From Candidatus Heimdallarchaeota archaeon (lineage in GTDB: Archaea; Asgardarchaeota; Heimdallarchaeia; Hodarchaeales; Hodarchaeaceae), in NCBI GenBank assembly GCA_019057635.1, contig DXJL01000133.1, forward strand, positions 1 through 64,000: a DNA stretch of 64,000 bases, read 5' to 3'. Under the pieces are notes generated by a model. It made no database searches. It saw nothing but the letters and a program-made list of their open reading frames with translations, and had not been told where the DNA came from. Below, in pieces: positions 1-9,149 of the stretch; the stretch's first letter is position 1, and each line of letters starts with the position of its first letter. The translations under genes and the position numbers were made by a program.

Positions 1-792
1 GAAATCGTAAAACTTCGTGAATCAGTTTTTGGTGCACTAGATCAATTACTATTCATTCCTTCCTGGCAAACCATGATCGATTCATCCTTCAATGGCTTCT
101 ATTTGAATCAACCAGTACAAAAGATATTCCAAGATACAGTCATCCTATTACCAGAGCTTGCCATGACTGGATTTGAGGAAACGACAGGGGAACCTTATTT
201 TTTGATCACTGGATTAGGAATGTATTGGGTAAAATTTGAACTAGGGGCTGGTTCAATAGTAACAGACTACAGAGAAATAACTGGAATCGTATTACCCCTT
301 GATATCTACCACCGTGCCCAAGATGAGGCCGAGCAAGTTCTGAAAAGCGAAAATATGCGTATGACTGAGTATATGACATCAATACCCTTCTCCTTAATAC
401 TGGCAAGATCAACCACACAGATGTATCTACGGGGGGTAATTTCTAGGAACATATTTCATCCATACAAAGAAAGTTTTGACCAATTCTTGAAGTTGTGTAA
501 GGATCCTAATAGTTTTAATCCTGACGAAGGTCTCAAAATTCTCTCTGGCGGTCTAACAAGTGATAAATCGTTCTACGGTAACGAAATTCTAACTGAAAAA
601 CCATTAGGGGAATATTCAAGATTAATAGCTGGTATTAAAAATACCCAACCCAAGTTAAATAAAATTTTAGAAAACCTACAACTTGAAACAATGAGTGAGG
701 CATTTTTCAAGAAGCTTGTAAAGATGAAAATCGAATTCAGTGAGATTGGTAGAGACTATCTTATTGATTGGATGCCTGGCTATATCAGCTAA
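1..792 (+). CDS. Hypothetical protein, 5'-truncated by window edge
   Basis: The frame is open from base 1 (GAA ATC GTA AAA...) through the ATG at 73 to TAA at 790-792. No recognisable motif. Confidence 0.75.
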   Translation, partial: EIVKLRESVFGALDQLLFIPSWQTMIDSSFNGFYLNQPVQKIFQDTVILLPELAMTGFEETTGEPYFLITGLGMYWVKFELGAGSIVTDYREITGIVLPLDIYHRAQDEAEQVLKSENMRMTEYMTSIPFSLILARSTTQMYLRGVISRNIFHPYKESFDQFLKLCKDPNSFNPDEGLKILSGGLTSDKSFYGNEILTEKPLGEYSRLIAGIKNTQPKLNKILENLQLETMSEAFFKKLVKMKIEFSEIGRDYLIDWMPGYIS

Positions 793-798
793 AGTTTT

Positions 799-1938
799 TC
801 AACCAAAGATCTCTTTTAAAGCATTTTTAATTATCTCAACCTCTGTTTCTGTGACTCCTGGATGAATTGGAACTTCAAAGTGGTTGTCCGATATTCGTTC
901 TGTTATAGGTAGACTAACGGTGCTATAATCGGGGTAATTCACGTACTTATTCCAACGCCATTCTTTTATTCCCTGAAGGTAAGTTGGTTGTTTATGACAT
1001 CCTAGAGAATAAATTCGTCGTGAAGCAATGTTTCTGTTCTTTAACTCCTTAATCACGGTATTAACTGAGTATTTATTCTCATCAACTACGGGTGCACAAA
1101 CATAATGACTATGGGTGTATCCTTTAGGAGTTTTTTGAATATTTACGTGCTCTAGCTCTGATATTGTTTGTCTCAGTGCCTCAGCGTTCCTTTTTCGTTT
1201 TTCTAGCATTGATGGTAATTTTCTTAATTGAATTAATCCAATTGCAGCTAATGGATCTGGAAGACGAAAATTGTAACCAATTCTGTGATGTTCATATCCT
1301 CCACTTGGACCCCTACCATGATTTTTGAGGCTTTTAATACGCGAAGCCAGATCATCATCATCGGTAACAATCATCCCCCCTTCTCCACTAATCATATTTT
1401 TAGTTGCATAAAAGGAGAAACATCCCATATCTCCGAACGTACCTACATGTTGACCATCGATTTTTGCCCCATGAGCTTGACAGGCATCCTCAATAATTAC
1501 CAAGTCATGATCCTCCGCAATGTCCCTAATGATATTCATATCACTGGGTAAACCAAAAATATGTACAGGAAGAATAGCCTTTGTTTGAGGTGTAACTAAT
1601 TTTTTTATACTTTCGGGATCTATGGTATAAGTTTCAGGATCTATTTCTGCAAAGATTGGTATACCCCCTCCAAATGTAATAGAATTAGCAGAGGCAATGA
1701 AAGTAAATGCAGGGGTAATGACTTCAGCTCCCGGTAATATATTTGCTGCTTCCATAGCAAGATGTAATGCTGCGGTCCCATTCACTGCACATATTGCATG
1801 TTTGGCACCTACAAATTCTGCAAATTCTTTTTCTAAAGCTCTTGCATTTTTTCCTTCAACAAATTGGCCGTTTCGAATAGTTGAAGAAACTAAGGATATT
1901 TCCTCTTCCGAAATTTGGGGTTGTGCAATAAATTTCAT
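799..1938 (-). CDS. DegT/DnrJ/EryC1/StrS family PLP-dependent sugar aminotransferase
   Basis: Motifs NGTAALHLA, FTFIASAN, IEDACQAHGA, FSFYATKNM (PLP Lys), GEGG and GYNFRL. Confidence 0.95.
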   Translation of the reverse strand: MKFIAQPQISEEEISLVSSTIRNGQFVEGKNARALEKEFAEFVGAKHAICAVNGTAALHLAMEAANILPGAEVITPAFTFIASANSITFGGGIPIFAEIDPETYTIDPESIKKLVTPQTKAILPVHIFGLPSDMNIIRDIAEDHDLVIIEDACQAHGAKIDGQHVGTFGDMGCFSFYATKNMISGEGGMIVTDDDDLASRIKSLKNHGRGPSGGYEHHRIGYNFRLPDPLAAIGLIQLRKLPSMLEKRKRNAEALRQTISELEHVNIQKTPKGYTHSHYVCAPVVDENKYSVNTVIKELKNRNIASRRIYSLGCHKQPTYLQGIKEWRWNKYVNYPDYSTVSLPITERISDNHFEVPIHPGVTETEVEIIKNALKEIFG

Positions 1939-2140
1939 AAAATCAGATCTCTTATTGAAGTTAGTTATTAAACACTAATGTATAGGAATTAAGGTTACTA
2001 ACAGTGTTTCCGTTAAGATCGTAACCAATTTTGGATTGAAACAAATACTCTTAATTCATTTTTGAACAGAGTTGATATAAATAATTACCAATTGAAATCA
2101 CAAATACTGGAAAAATGAGCACACAAAGCTGGGGTCATGA

Positions 2141-2854
2141 GTGAATGTGAACACAGATGTCGAACAGGTTGTTAAAAGATATCAAAATGTATGTTCACAA
2201 CTTTCTCACCATATCCGAGACGGAAAACGTCCACAGTTTGTACTAGTAACTAAAAACCAGCCTGTAGCTCTAATCTTAAATCTTTTACAACATCTAGAAT
2301 CACCAATCTTTGGAGAAAATCGTGTTTCAGAAGCACTTTCCAAAATTGAAAAATGCGAAGATTCTAATGCGGAATGGCACTATATTGGCCACTTACAACG
2401 AAATAAAGTCAAATCTATACTTGGAAAATTTACTTTAATCCATTCATTGGCTGATATAAAATTAGCAAAAGAGATTGAAAAGAGAGCTGTAACAATTGGT
2501 CAAAATGTGAATTGCTTGATCCAAATAGATATATCTGAGGATGGGACGAAGTTTGGTTTTCCACCAGACCAGAGCTACTTAATAGACTTGATGAATGAAT
2601 TGACTCAGATGTCCTATTTACAAATAAAAGGGTTAATGACGATAGCACCTTTCATCCCCTCAGAAGAGACACGACCATATTTTAGAAAAATGCGGTCGAT
2701 CTTTGATGTATTAGCTGAACAAAGCCCTCACCTGAGAAATATTGAAATGGAAATCTTATCCATGGGGATGAGTAACGATTATATCGTTGCACTCGAGGAG
2801 GGTTCCACAATGATTAGAATTGGTAGTGCAATTTTTGAAGATCAAAGCTCCTGA
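2141..2854 (+). CDS. yggS: YggS/PROSC (PLPBP) pyridoxal-phosphate homeostasis protein
   Basis: Motifs VTK (PLP Lys), FGENRV, WHYIGHLQRNKVK, GLMTI, LSMGMSNDY and GSTMIRIGSAIF. Confidence 0.95.
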   Translation: MNVNTDVEQVVKRYQNVCSQLSHHIRDGKRPQFVLVTKNQPVALILNLLQHLESPIFGENRVSEALSKIEKCEDSNAEWHYIGHLQRNKVKSILGKFTLIHSLADIKLAKEIEKRAVTIGQNVNCLIQIDISEDGTKFGFPPDQSYLIDLMNELTQMSYLQIKGLMTIAPFIPSEETRPYFRKMRSIFDVLAEQSPHLRNIEMEILSMGMSNDYIVALEEGSTMIRIGSAIFEDQSS

Positions 2855-2862
2855 ATAAATTT

Positions 2863-5800
2863 ATGAAAAGGCAGAACATGAAGTTGATAAATATGACAAC
2901 TCCAGAAGTTAGTTTTACGCTAAGAAAAAGTGAAACAAAAATCTTAAACACATTAATATCCTTTGGTGGTCAAAACAAACATGATCTTATTCTTATTTCT
3001 GATGTACAAGAAGAAAAAGCTGAGCAAGCAATTTCAGAATTGATAAAAAAAGGATTTATTAGGCTGAACGAAGAAACAGGGCGTATTTCCGCTACTTTAC
3101 CCGTTTCTGCATTAACACGAATGTTCACTGAAAATATGGCTCTCATAGAAAGTATGAAAGAGAACTATAAAGAGGAATTTCATAGCTCAAAAAATTCTGT
3201 AGAAGAAACATTAAACAAGTTTCAGGAAACAGTGAATGACGGTTTCAAAGTTCTAAAAACTCAAAATGAAGAATTAGAGGTATCAATAAAAGAGGCCATA
3301 GAAGAAAAAGAAAAACTTAACCACTCGCAGTTAGACGAGATGGTGGATCAAGTAGTTACTTCAATGAATACAAAAATAACTGAAACTCAAAATTCTGTTC
3401 AGACAAGTATCTCAGAAGGGACATCGAAATTAGATAAACACTGGGGTAGAGCCATTGATGAATTTCAAAACTTACCTGACTCTGGGACCCGTTCTCTCAA
3501 AGAATCTATCACTAAATATGAACAAGAGTTAAATGAGATAATAAAATCCTCAGTTGAAAAAATTAATAGTATCCAAACTCAATTTAATGGTCTACTAGGT
3601 ACAATTGAATCTGAATCCGTTACTAGGATACAAGAATTCTACTCGAACACCGATACTGTTGGTAGTGACCTGAAAGTTAATTTAAATACTGGATTACAAG
3701 AATCTCGCAAACACGAAAAAGAATTCATCAAGGAAGTACGTCAACATGTCAGAACCTCACTCGAAAATGATGTACTAAACGCATTGAAGGTAGTAATTTC
3801 AGATTTATCAAAAGAAATTGATAATGATATAAATGAGGCCCTAAAACTTGTTGTTCAGCAAACTGATAAAGCAATCACTGCAAGTTCAGAACAAATGAAA
3901 ACAGAGTTTACTGAATTCACTGAAGATGCAAAAGAATTAATCCAAGAACAAAAAATCTCATTAAATGTCCTTGAAACAGAAATTTCGGAGATTACAGCAG
4001 AGCAGAAGCTAGAATCAGTAAGAGACTTATTTCTAAGCCAATTGCAAGCCGGTCAAACAACAGAACTTAATCAATTGGAAACAAGCTTCCGGCACACTCA
4101 AAAATCAGTAATCGATCTTGTTGAGTCTTTAAGAAATTCTGCAAAAGCTAAATTAGCCCAACAAGGAGTAGAGTTTGAAAAGCTACTCAATAATTTTTCT
4201 GATTTAATTGACCAATCGGTGAGCCGGAAGGAACTGGATATTACTAGATTACAACAACTATCTCAATCTATTGAACAATTATTAAGAAATTTGCTTGTCT
4301 CAATTCCAATGCGGACAGATCAATTTAGAATTTCCTTGAAAGATTCATTAGAAGGCACTAGTAAAAGTTTACAAGAAGAATATACAGAATCTTCGAGTGG
4401 TTCAGTAAGTAAAATTTACGAAAAACTTGCTGATTCTCAACAAAGAATTGAATCTATGACTAATGAAACCCTGGATGAAAGTAAAAATGAAATTGAGAAA
4501 GTGATTGCCTCATCAGATCAATTTGAATCTGGTATATCTGCTCTTCAAGAAGATTATCTGAGTAAAGTTGAAAATCGATTTGATCAGAGAGCTAAAGTGA
4601 TGAATACAGAGTTAAAAGCAATAACTCGCAATTTCCAACAATTACTTGAGGGAATTGAAACAGGAGTCGGAGGCATTCATTCTCGTTTGACTTCAGAAGG
4701 CGTTACAAATATTTCTGCTGTTGAAACCTCTCTTCAGAGCAAACTGACTCAACTTAGGAGTGAAATAACTACCATATTTTCACAGAGTCAATCTGAGGCG
4801 CAAGAATTTGTTAGTTCGTTAAATGAAAATTTACAAACCCATTTAGAACGCACATTAGACGTAATTAAAGAGGGTTTTAGTCAAGTCAAATCTGAATATA
4901 ATTTAGAGCTCTCAAATCAGTTAGAACAGCTTAATAGCAAAAGCAAGGAACAACAAGACACTTTAATTGAAACAATAGAAGCTTTTTCACAGAAAGCATC
5001 CTTTAGTGGTTTTAAATCGAATCTCGAGAAAACGCTTGAAGAAAATCAAAGTACCCTAAATGAATTTATTGCTGAAAATCGAAGCAATTTGGATGAAGTT
5101 ATTTCTTTACAGAAAGTAAATATTACCAAATATCAAGAAAAAGGACCTACGGATATATTAGGGTTTATTAATCAAATTCAATCCAATGCTACCACTCAAA
5201 ACAAGAATATCAAAGACACACTGGAAGACCTACTTTCCTATCACAACAGTTTTTCAGATTCAACGATGTCTGAGGTAACAACATTAATTCGTCAGGTTCA
5301 TGAGAGTGGAGATAAGCTTAAATCAATTCTTAATGAATCTTTACAGACTATGTTAACCAACCTGAATCGTACAAGCGAAAATATTGATTTATATTATTCT
5401 GATACGCTAACGGAACTAGAAAATCAGCTTGGAGTCGCTTCAGGATTTGTTACCTCTGAAATTGACACTTCCTTCCAATCGATCCGTAGTGAAATTGAGT
5501 CATTGAAGGAGGGTATGGAAAATACAGTAGCAAGGCTTAATACAGATCTCAAAGGAATAGTTTCTGATTCAGACCAAGAATTCAAGAGTAATGTTCCTGA
5601 AATCACAAAACAATTTTCTAGCGCTTTTGATACTTTGGTAAAAGAAAAAACATCCTCTAACTTAGAGTTACAAAATACACTCTCTGATAATATGACAAAT
5701 TTTATGACATCTTATAGTTCTCAAGTGTCTGCTATTAGAACAAAGCTACATGATTTATTAGCTCAATTTAACAAAGCTATTGAGTCGAACCTTGAAAATT

Positions 5801-7077
5801 TAGACGTTATTGTCGAAACCAATATAAGTCAAGCTTTGAAAAGATTCGAATCTATATATCATATCGATTCAAGCAAAGAAGATCCATTTGGTTTGCGAGA
5901 TATTCATTCCAAAGTCATAGTGGCAAATAAACGGTTAAAATCCGTTGTCTCTGATTCAATTCGCACTCAGCTTGAAGACTTTGAAAGTAACATACCTGAT
6001 CTACAAACCTCTTTTGACGCTATTCACACTCAATCTGAGGAAGATTTGACAAAATCTATCGAGGAATTATCAGATATAATTTCAAGTTCTCAAATGACTC
6101 TTACTACCGATCTGCATAATTATCTAAATGAGGAAAGAGAGCAATTGGATTTTTCAGAATTGCGTGATAGCCTGAAGGATGTTTTACAAGGTTTTAATGA
6201 AGACTCAACCCAAAATATTGAACAACTCTCTCTTGATTTTACCGACAGTATTCAACGTGCAATTAATGAGGTTAACAAATCACGGGAAGAAATACAATCC
6301 ATTTTAGCTGATTTGACGGAAGTAATGAAGGAGCGAATTATCCAGTCAACTACACAATTAACCTCTTTGAAATCCGAACTGAGTACAGAAGTGGAAGGGA
6401 TGAGTAGTGAATTTTCAAAAAATTTATCTACAGATCTAGAATCGTACAATAATGATATAGAAAAATTTAATTTAGAAAACAAAGGGAATATGGCCAAGTT
6501 TATCCAATCATTGAATAATGAAATTGAAACTTATCTCTCAGAATTTTTAAACAAAACCAATGAGATTCTAAACGGGATAAAAGATTCCCACTCACAGCAA
6601 GCCGATGTTTTAGAAACTTTAGAGACTGAATTATCTGAAAATGAGCCAATTTCATATTTACGGTTGCTAAAATTATCAACAAATCATGCGATCAATGAAT
6701 ACTTTATGAAGCTAATAGAAAAAGCGTCTAAACAAGTTACATTATATATGTCAGACCCTACTATTCTTTCATCAGCTGATCTCAAATCTATTCCCTCAGA
6801 AAAACGAATTTGGATTTTTACAAACTTTAATTTCAGTAAAAAGGGTAAAAAATGGTTTACTGAGATTGGTAAGCAAGTAAATATAAATTTACGTAAATCT
6901 AAAGGTGCTAGTAATATTACTGGGATATTAGCGGTCAAGGATGAAGATCAAGCCGTTGTCTTACCTGATGAAGTTGGTTTTACCACACTTGATGAGAAAT
7001 TTGTGGCTTACTTATTGAACATATTAAATATGTTAAAGGGTTCATCTCTCAGACCAAGAAAAGGATCTGGTCAATAA
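2863..7077 (+). CDS. Giant TrmB-like protein: N-terminal winged HTH, ~1150-aa helical/coiled-coil rod, C-terminal TrmB/PLD-like alpha/beta domain
   Basis: The N-terminus (LRKSETKILNTLISFG...AISELIKKGFI...ISATLPVSAL) follows the TrmB wHTH pattern. The middle is E/S/Q/L-rich and Pro/Gly-poor. The C-terminus (INEYFMKLIEKASKQVTLYM...ILAVKDEDQAVVL...DEKFVAYL) resembles the TrmB effector domain. The start may be the ATG at 2893. Confidence 0.7.
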   Translation: MKRQNMKLINMTTPEVSFTLRKSETKILNTLISFGGQNKHDLILISDVQEEKAEQAISELIKKGFIRLNEETGRISATLPVSALTRMFTENMALIESMKENYKEEFHSSKNSVEETLNKFQETVNDGFKVLKTQNEELEVSIKEAIEEKEKLNHSQLDEMVDQVVTSMNTKITETQNSVQTSISEGTSKLDKHWGRAIDEFQNLPDSGTRSLKESITKYEQELNEIIKSSVEKINSIQTQFNGLLGTIESESVTRIQEFYSNTDTVGSDLKVNLNTGLQESRKHEKEFIKEVRQHVRTSLENDVLNALKVVISDLSKEIDNDINEALKLVVQQTDKAITASSEQMKTEFTEFTEDAKELIQEQKISLNVLETEISEITAEQKLESVRDLFLSQLQAGQTTELNQLETSFRHTQKSVIDLVESLRNSAKAKLAQQGVEFEKLLNNFSDLIDQSVSRKELDITRLQQLSQSIEQLLRNLLVSIPMRTDQFRISLKDSLEGTSKSLQEEYTESSSGSVSKIYEKLADSQQRIESMTNETLDESKNEIEKVIASSDQFESGISALQEDYLSKVENRFDQRAKVMNTELKAITRNFQQLLEGIETGVGGIHSRLTSEGVTNISAVETSLQSKLTQLRSEITTIFSQSQSEAQEFVSSLNENLQTHLERTLDVIKEGFSQVKSEYNLELSNQLEQLNSKSKEQQDTLIETIEAFSQKASFSGFKSNLEKTLEENQSTLNEFIAENRSNLDEVISLQKVNITKYQEKGPTDILGFINQIQSNATTQNKNIKDTLEDLLSYHNSFSDSTMSEVTTLIRQVHESGDKLKSILNESLQTMLTNLNRTSENIDLYYSDTLTELENQLGVASGFVTSEIDTSFQSIRSEIESLKEGMENTVARLNTDLKGIVSDSDQEFKSNVPEITKQFSSAFDTLVKEKTSSNLELQNTLSDNMTNFMTSYSSQVSAIRTKLHDLLAQFNKAIESNLENLDVIVETNISQALKRFESIYHIDSSKEDPFGLRDIHSKVIVANKRLKSVVSDSIRTQLEDFESNIPDLQTSFDAIHTQSEEDLTKSIEELSDIISSSQMTLTTDLHNYLNEEREQLDFSELRDSLKDVLQGFNEDSTQNIEQLSLDFTDSIQRAINEVNKSREEIQSILADLTEVMKERIIQSTTQLTSLKSELSTEVEGMSSEFSKNLSTDLESYNNDIEKFNLENKGNMAKFIQSLNNEIETYLSEFLNKTNEILNGIKDSHSQQADVLETLETELSENEPISYLRLLKLSTNHAINEYFMKLIEKASKQVTLYMSDPTILSSADLKSIPSEKRIWIFTNFNFSKKGKKWFTEIGKQVNINLRKSKGASNITGILAVKDEDQAVVLPDEVGFTTLDEKFVAYLLNILNMLKGSSLRPRKGSGQ

Positions 7078-7092
7078 CAATCTAAATTGAAA

Positions 7093-8913
7093 CTAGATAC
7101 TGATTATCCCAAGCAGCTTTGATTTCTTCAAGGTGTTCAATTTGACTAGGCCTTCAGGATTCAGGCCTTTCGCTTCATAATACGAAGTGACTAGTTCATT
7201 TTGTTTTTTGTAAAATTCACTTTCTCCCTCAAGATATCGAGGAAAGACGTCATTAGAAGGTGATAAACCTGCTCGTGTGTTGAAAAGGCGTTCTAGCAAT
7301 GTAATTCGATTTCCTATCTCCAGAATATTGGTACTAGAACCATTTGAGGAAGTTAAATGGTTAATTAAAGGAGAGACTATTGATTTATTAAACAAAATAC
7401 TTGATAACAGTCTTATTGGCATTGTCTGTAAAATAATTCCTCTCAATCTCGAAGGAAATTTATTTAAAATGGTATTTGACTTCAAGAACATCGGTAGGAA
7501 TCGTGGACACAGAATTAGTGCGTCCAGAACTGCGCTAAGGTTTTCAAACAAAATCTTTAACTTAATTTTTCCTTTTATCGACAGAGGAGAGAGTAAAAAA
7601 GGGTATCCAAGAAATTCTGGATAAACTAAGCTTCCTGTTTTAAAATGAGTAGCTCCATACGGAGCGGAACTAAGATCCATACTCAAAACTGGACAATTAG
7701 GATAGTAAAACATTCCTGTCATCTGTCCCTTAATCATTGGGGAAGGTTCACTTGTCTGTTTGTACAGGTAATTTTCTCCCCGAGCTAGTTTGTCTCCTAA
7801 TTCCCTTTTCTGGATGATGTCGTCGATAAGAGAATAGATTTGGGATTCTCCCCAGTTAAATCCTAGATTTATGTTTAGAAGTTTACGCTTGTCTTCCTGA
7901 ATATGAAATAAGGATGCTAAAGCAGCACCTGTTGATATGGGGTCAAGTCCCTCCTCATCACATTTTACTATAGCTGCCTGAATAGATTCATGGTCTATTA
8001 TTTTAAGATTAGGACCTAATGCTACAAAGTTCTGATAGGAGTTTCTTTCACATTTGACAGAACATTGCCAACAGTCATAAGCTTCACCATATCCATGAAA
8101 AGATGAAACTTGATCTGATTGAAGTGTCAGTTTTCTTGAACAATTTTTTGTTGGAAGACTGTCATATTTAATTATCTGATGAATGGTTGAGTACGTACCT
8201 TGAGTATGTAACAACTGACTCCAGGGATGGTTTAGTAATGTCGATTTAAGTAGGGATAATTCATCCTCAGTGATTTCAGGAAAATTTGAAGGCGCTGGAG
8301 GGTCAGTAAGAACAATCGCCTTTATATTCTTAGATGCAAAAACGCTTCCAAGTCCTCCTCGATGGAAAAAATGCGTCCGATCAACTACAACACCCGAATA
8401 CGTAACTTGATTGATAGCTGCTTTTCCTATAACAGCAATGCATGATTTCTGGCCATATTTTTGCCTTAGTATAGTGTCAGATTTTTCAACACTTTCTAAC
8501 CAAAATTCCGAGGCATTCTCAAAGGTAATATCAGCAAATTCATCGATCACAATATATTGTGGAGATTTCGCTTTACCTTTGATCTGTAAGAAGTCGTACC
8601 CTGTATGCTTGAGATAAGCTCCGAAATGACCTGTACTCGTTGCTGTACATAATGTATTAGTGTGGGGAGATTTAAATGTGGCTATAGCTGTACCAGAAGA
8701 AGGGATTATTGATCCAGTTAAAGCTCCTGTCCCAAAAATTATATTATTATCTGGTCCACGTGGACTTGTGTCAACAGGAATGGATTCATAACCTAAATAT
8801 ACTGCAATTCCTCTACCTCCAAGAAATGCCTCGACCACCCTGGGATCGATAGATTTTTTCGGAATAACTTTATTCTCAGTTAAATCTAGGGATACAAGCG
8901 TTGGAGAATACAT
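7093..8913 (-). CDS. Aldehyde:ferredoxin oxidoreductase (tungsten AOR/WOR) family protein, divergent
   Basis: Motifs FLGGRG, KSPHT, RGGLGSVFASKNIKAI, CWQCSVKC plus distal Cys (LILCPRF), DEEGLDPISTG and ERLFN. Confidence 0.88.
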   Translation of the reverse strand: MYSPTLVSLDLTENKVIPKKSIDPRVVEAFLGGRGIAVYLGYESIPVDTSPRGPDNNIIFGTGALTGSIIPSSGTAIATFKSPHTNTLCTATSTGHFGAYLKHTGYDFLQIKGKAKSPQYIVIDEFADITFENASEFWLESVEKSDTILRQKYGQKSCIAVIGKAAINQVTYSGVVVDRTHFFHRGGLGSVFASKNIKAIVLTDPPAPSNFPEITEDELSLLKSTLLNHPWSQLLHTQGTYSTIHQIIKYDSLPTKNCSRKLTLQSDQVSSFHGYGEAYDCWQCSVKCERNSYQNFVALGPNLKIIDHESIQAAIVKCDEEGLDPISTGAALASLFHIQEDKRKLLNINLGFNWGESQIYSLIDDIIQKRELGDKLARGENYLYKQTSEPSPMIKGQMTGMFYYPNCPVLSMDLSSAPYGATHFKTGSLVYPEFLGYPFLLSPLSIKGKIKLKILFENLSAVLDALILCPRFLPMFLKSNTILNKFPSRLRGIILQTMPIRLLSSILFNKSIVSPLINHLTSSNGSSTNILEIGNRITLLERLFNTRAGLSPSNDVFPRYLEGESEFYKKQNELVTSYYEAKGLNPEGLVKLNTLKKSKLLGIISI

Positions 8914-9149
8914 TTAACTTTGCCAATCTCTCGGAGTTGGTTGAACTATTTGTGGTTTCTGGAAAATGCTGGATAAAAGCTAGTTAGTTTCGAAGGTAGA
9001 GCCTAAATAATGTCGTAAAATGTGGATTTGAAGACATTCAACTGAACTACCCAAACAAAATTGTCTATTGTAATAAAGCAAATATTCAAATTATATTCTC
9101 GAATCAGTTTTCTTTCAGCAAAAAACTACTATTTTCATATTTCCTGAAG

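Noticed and set aside
2863-7077. SMC/Rad50 or myosin-like annotation of the 1404-aa protein
   Set aside because: There is no Walker A/B, ABC signature, hinge or Zn hook. The similarity would come only from coiled-coil composition.
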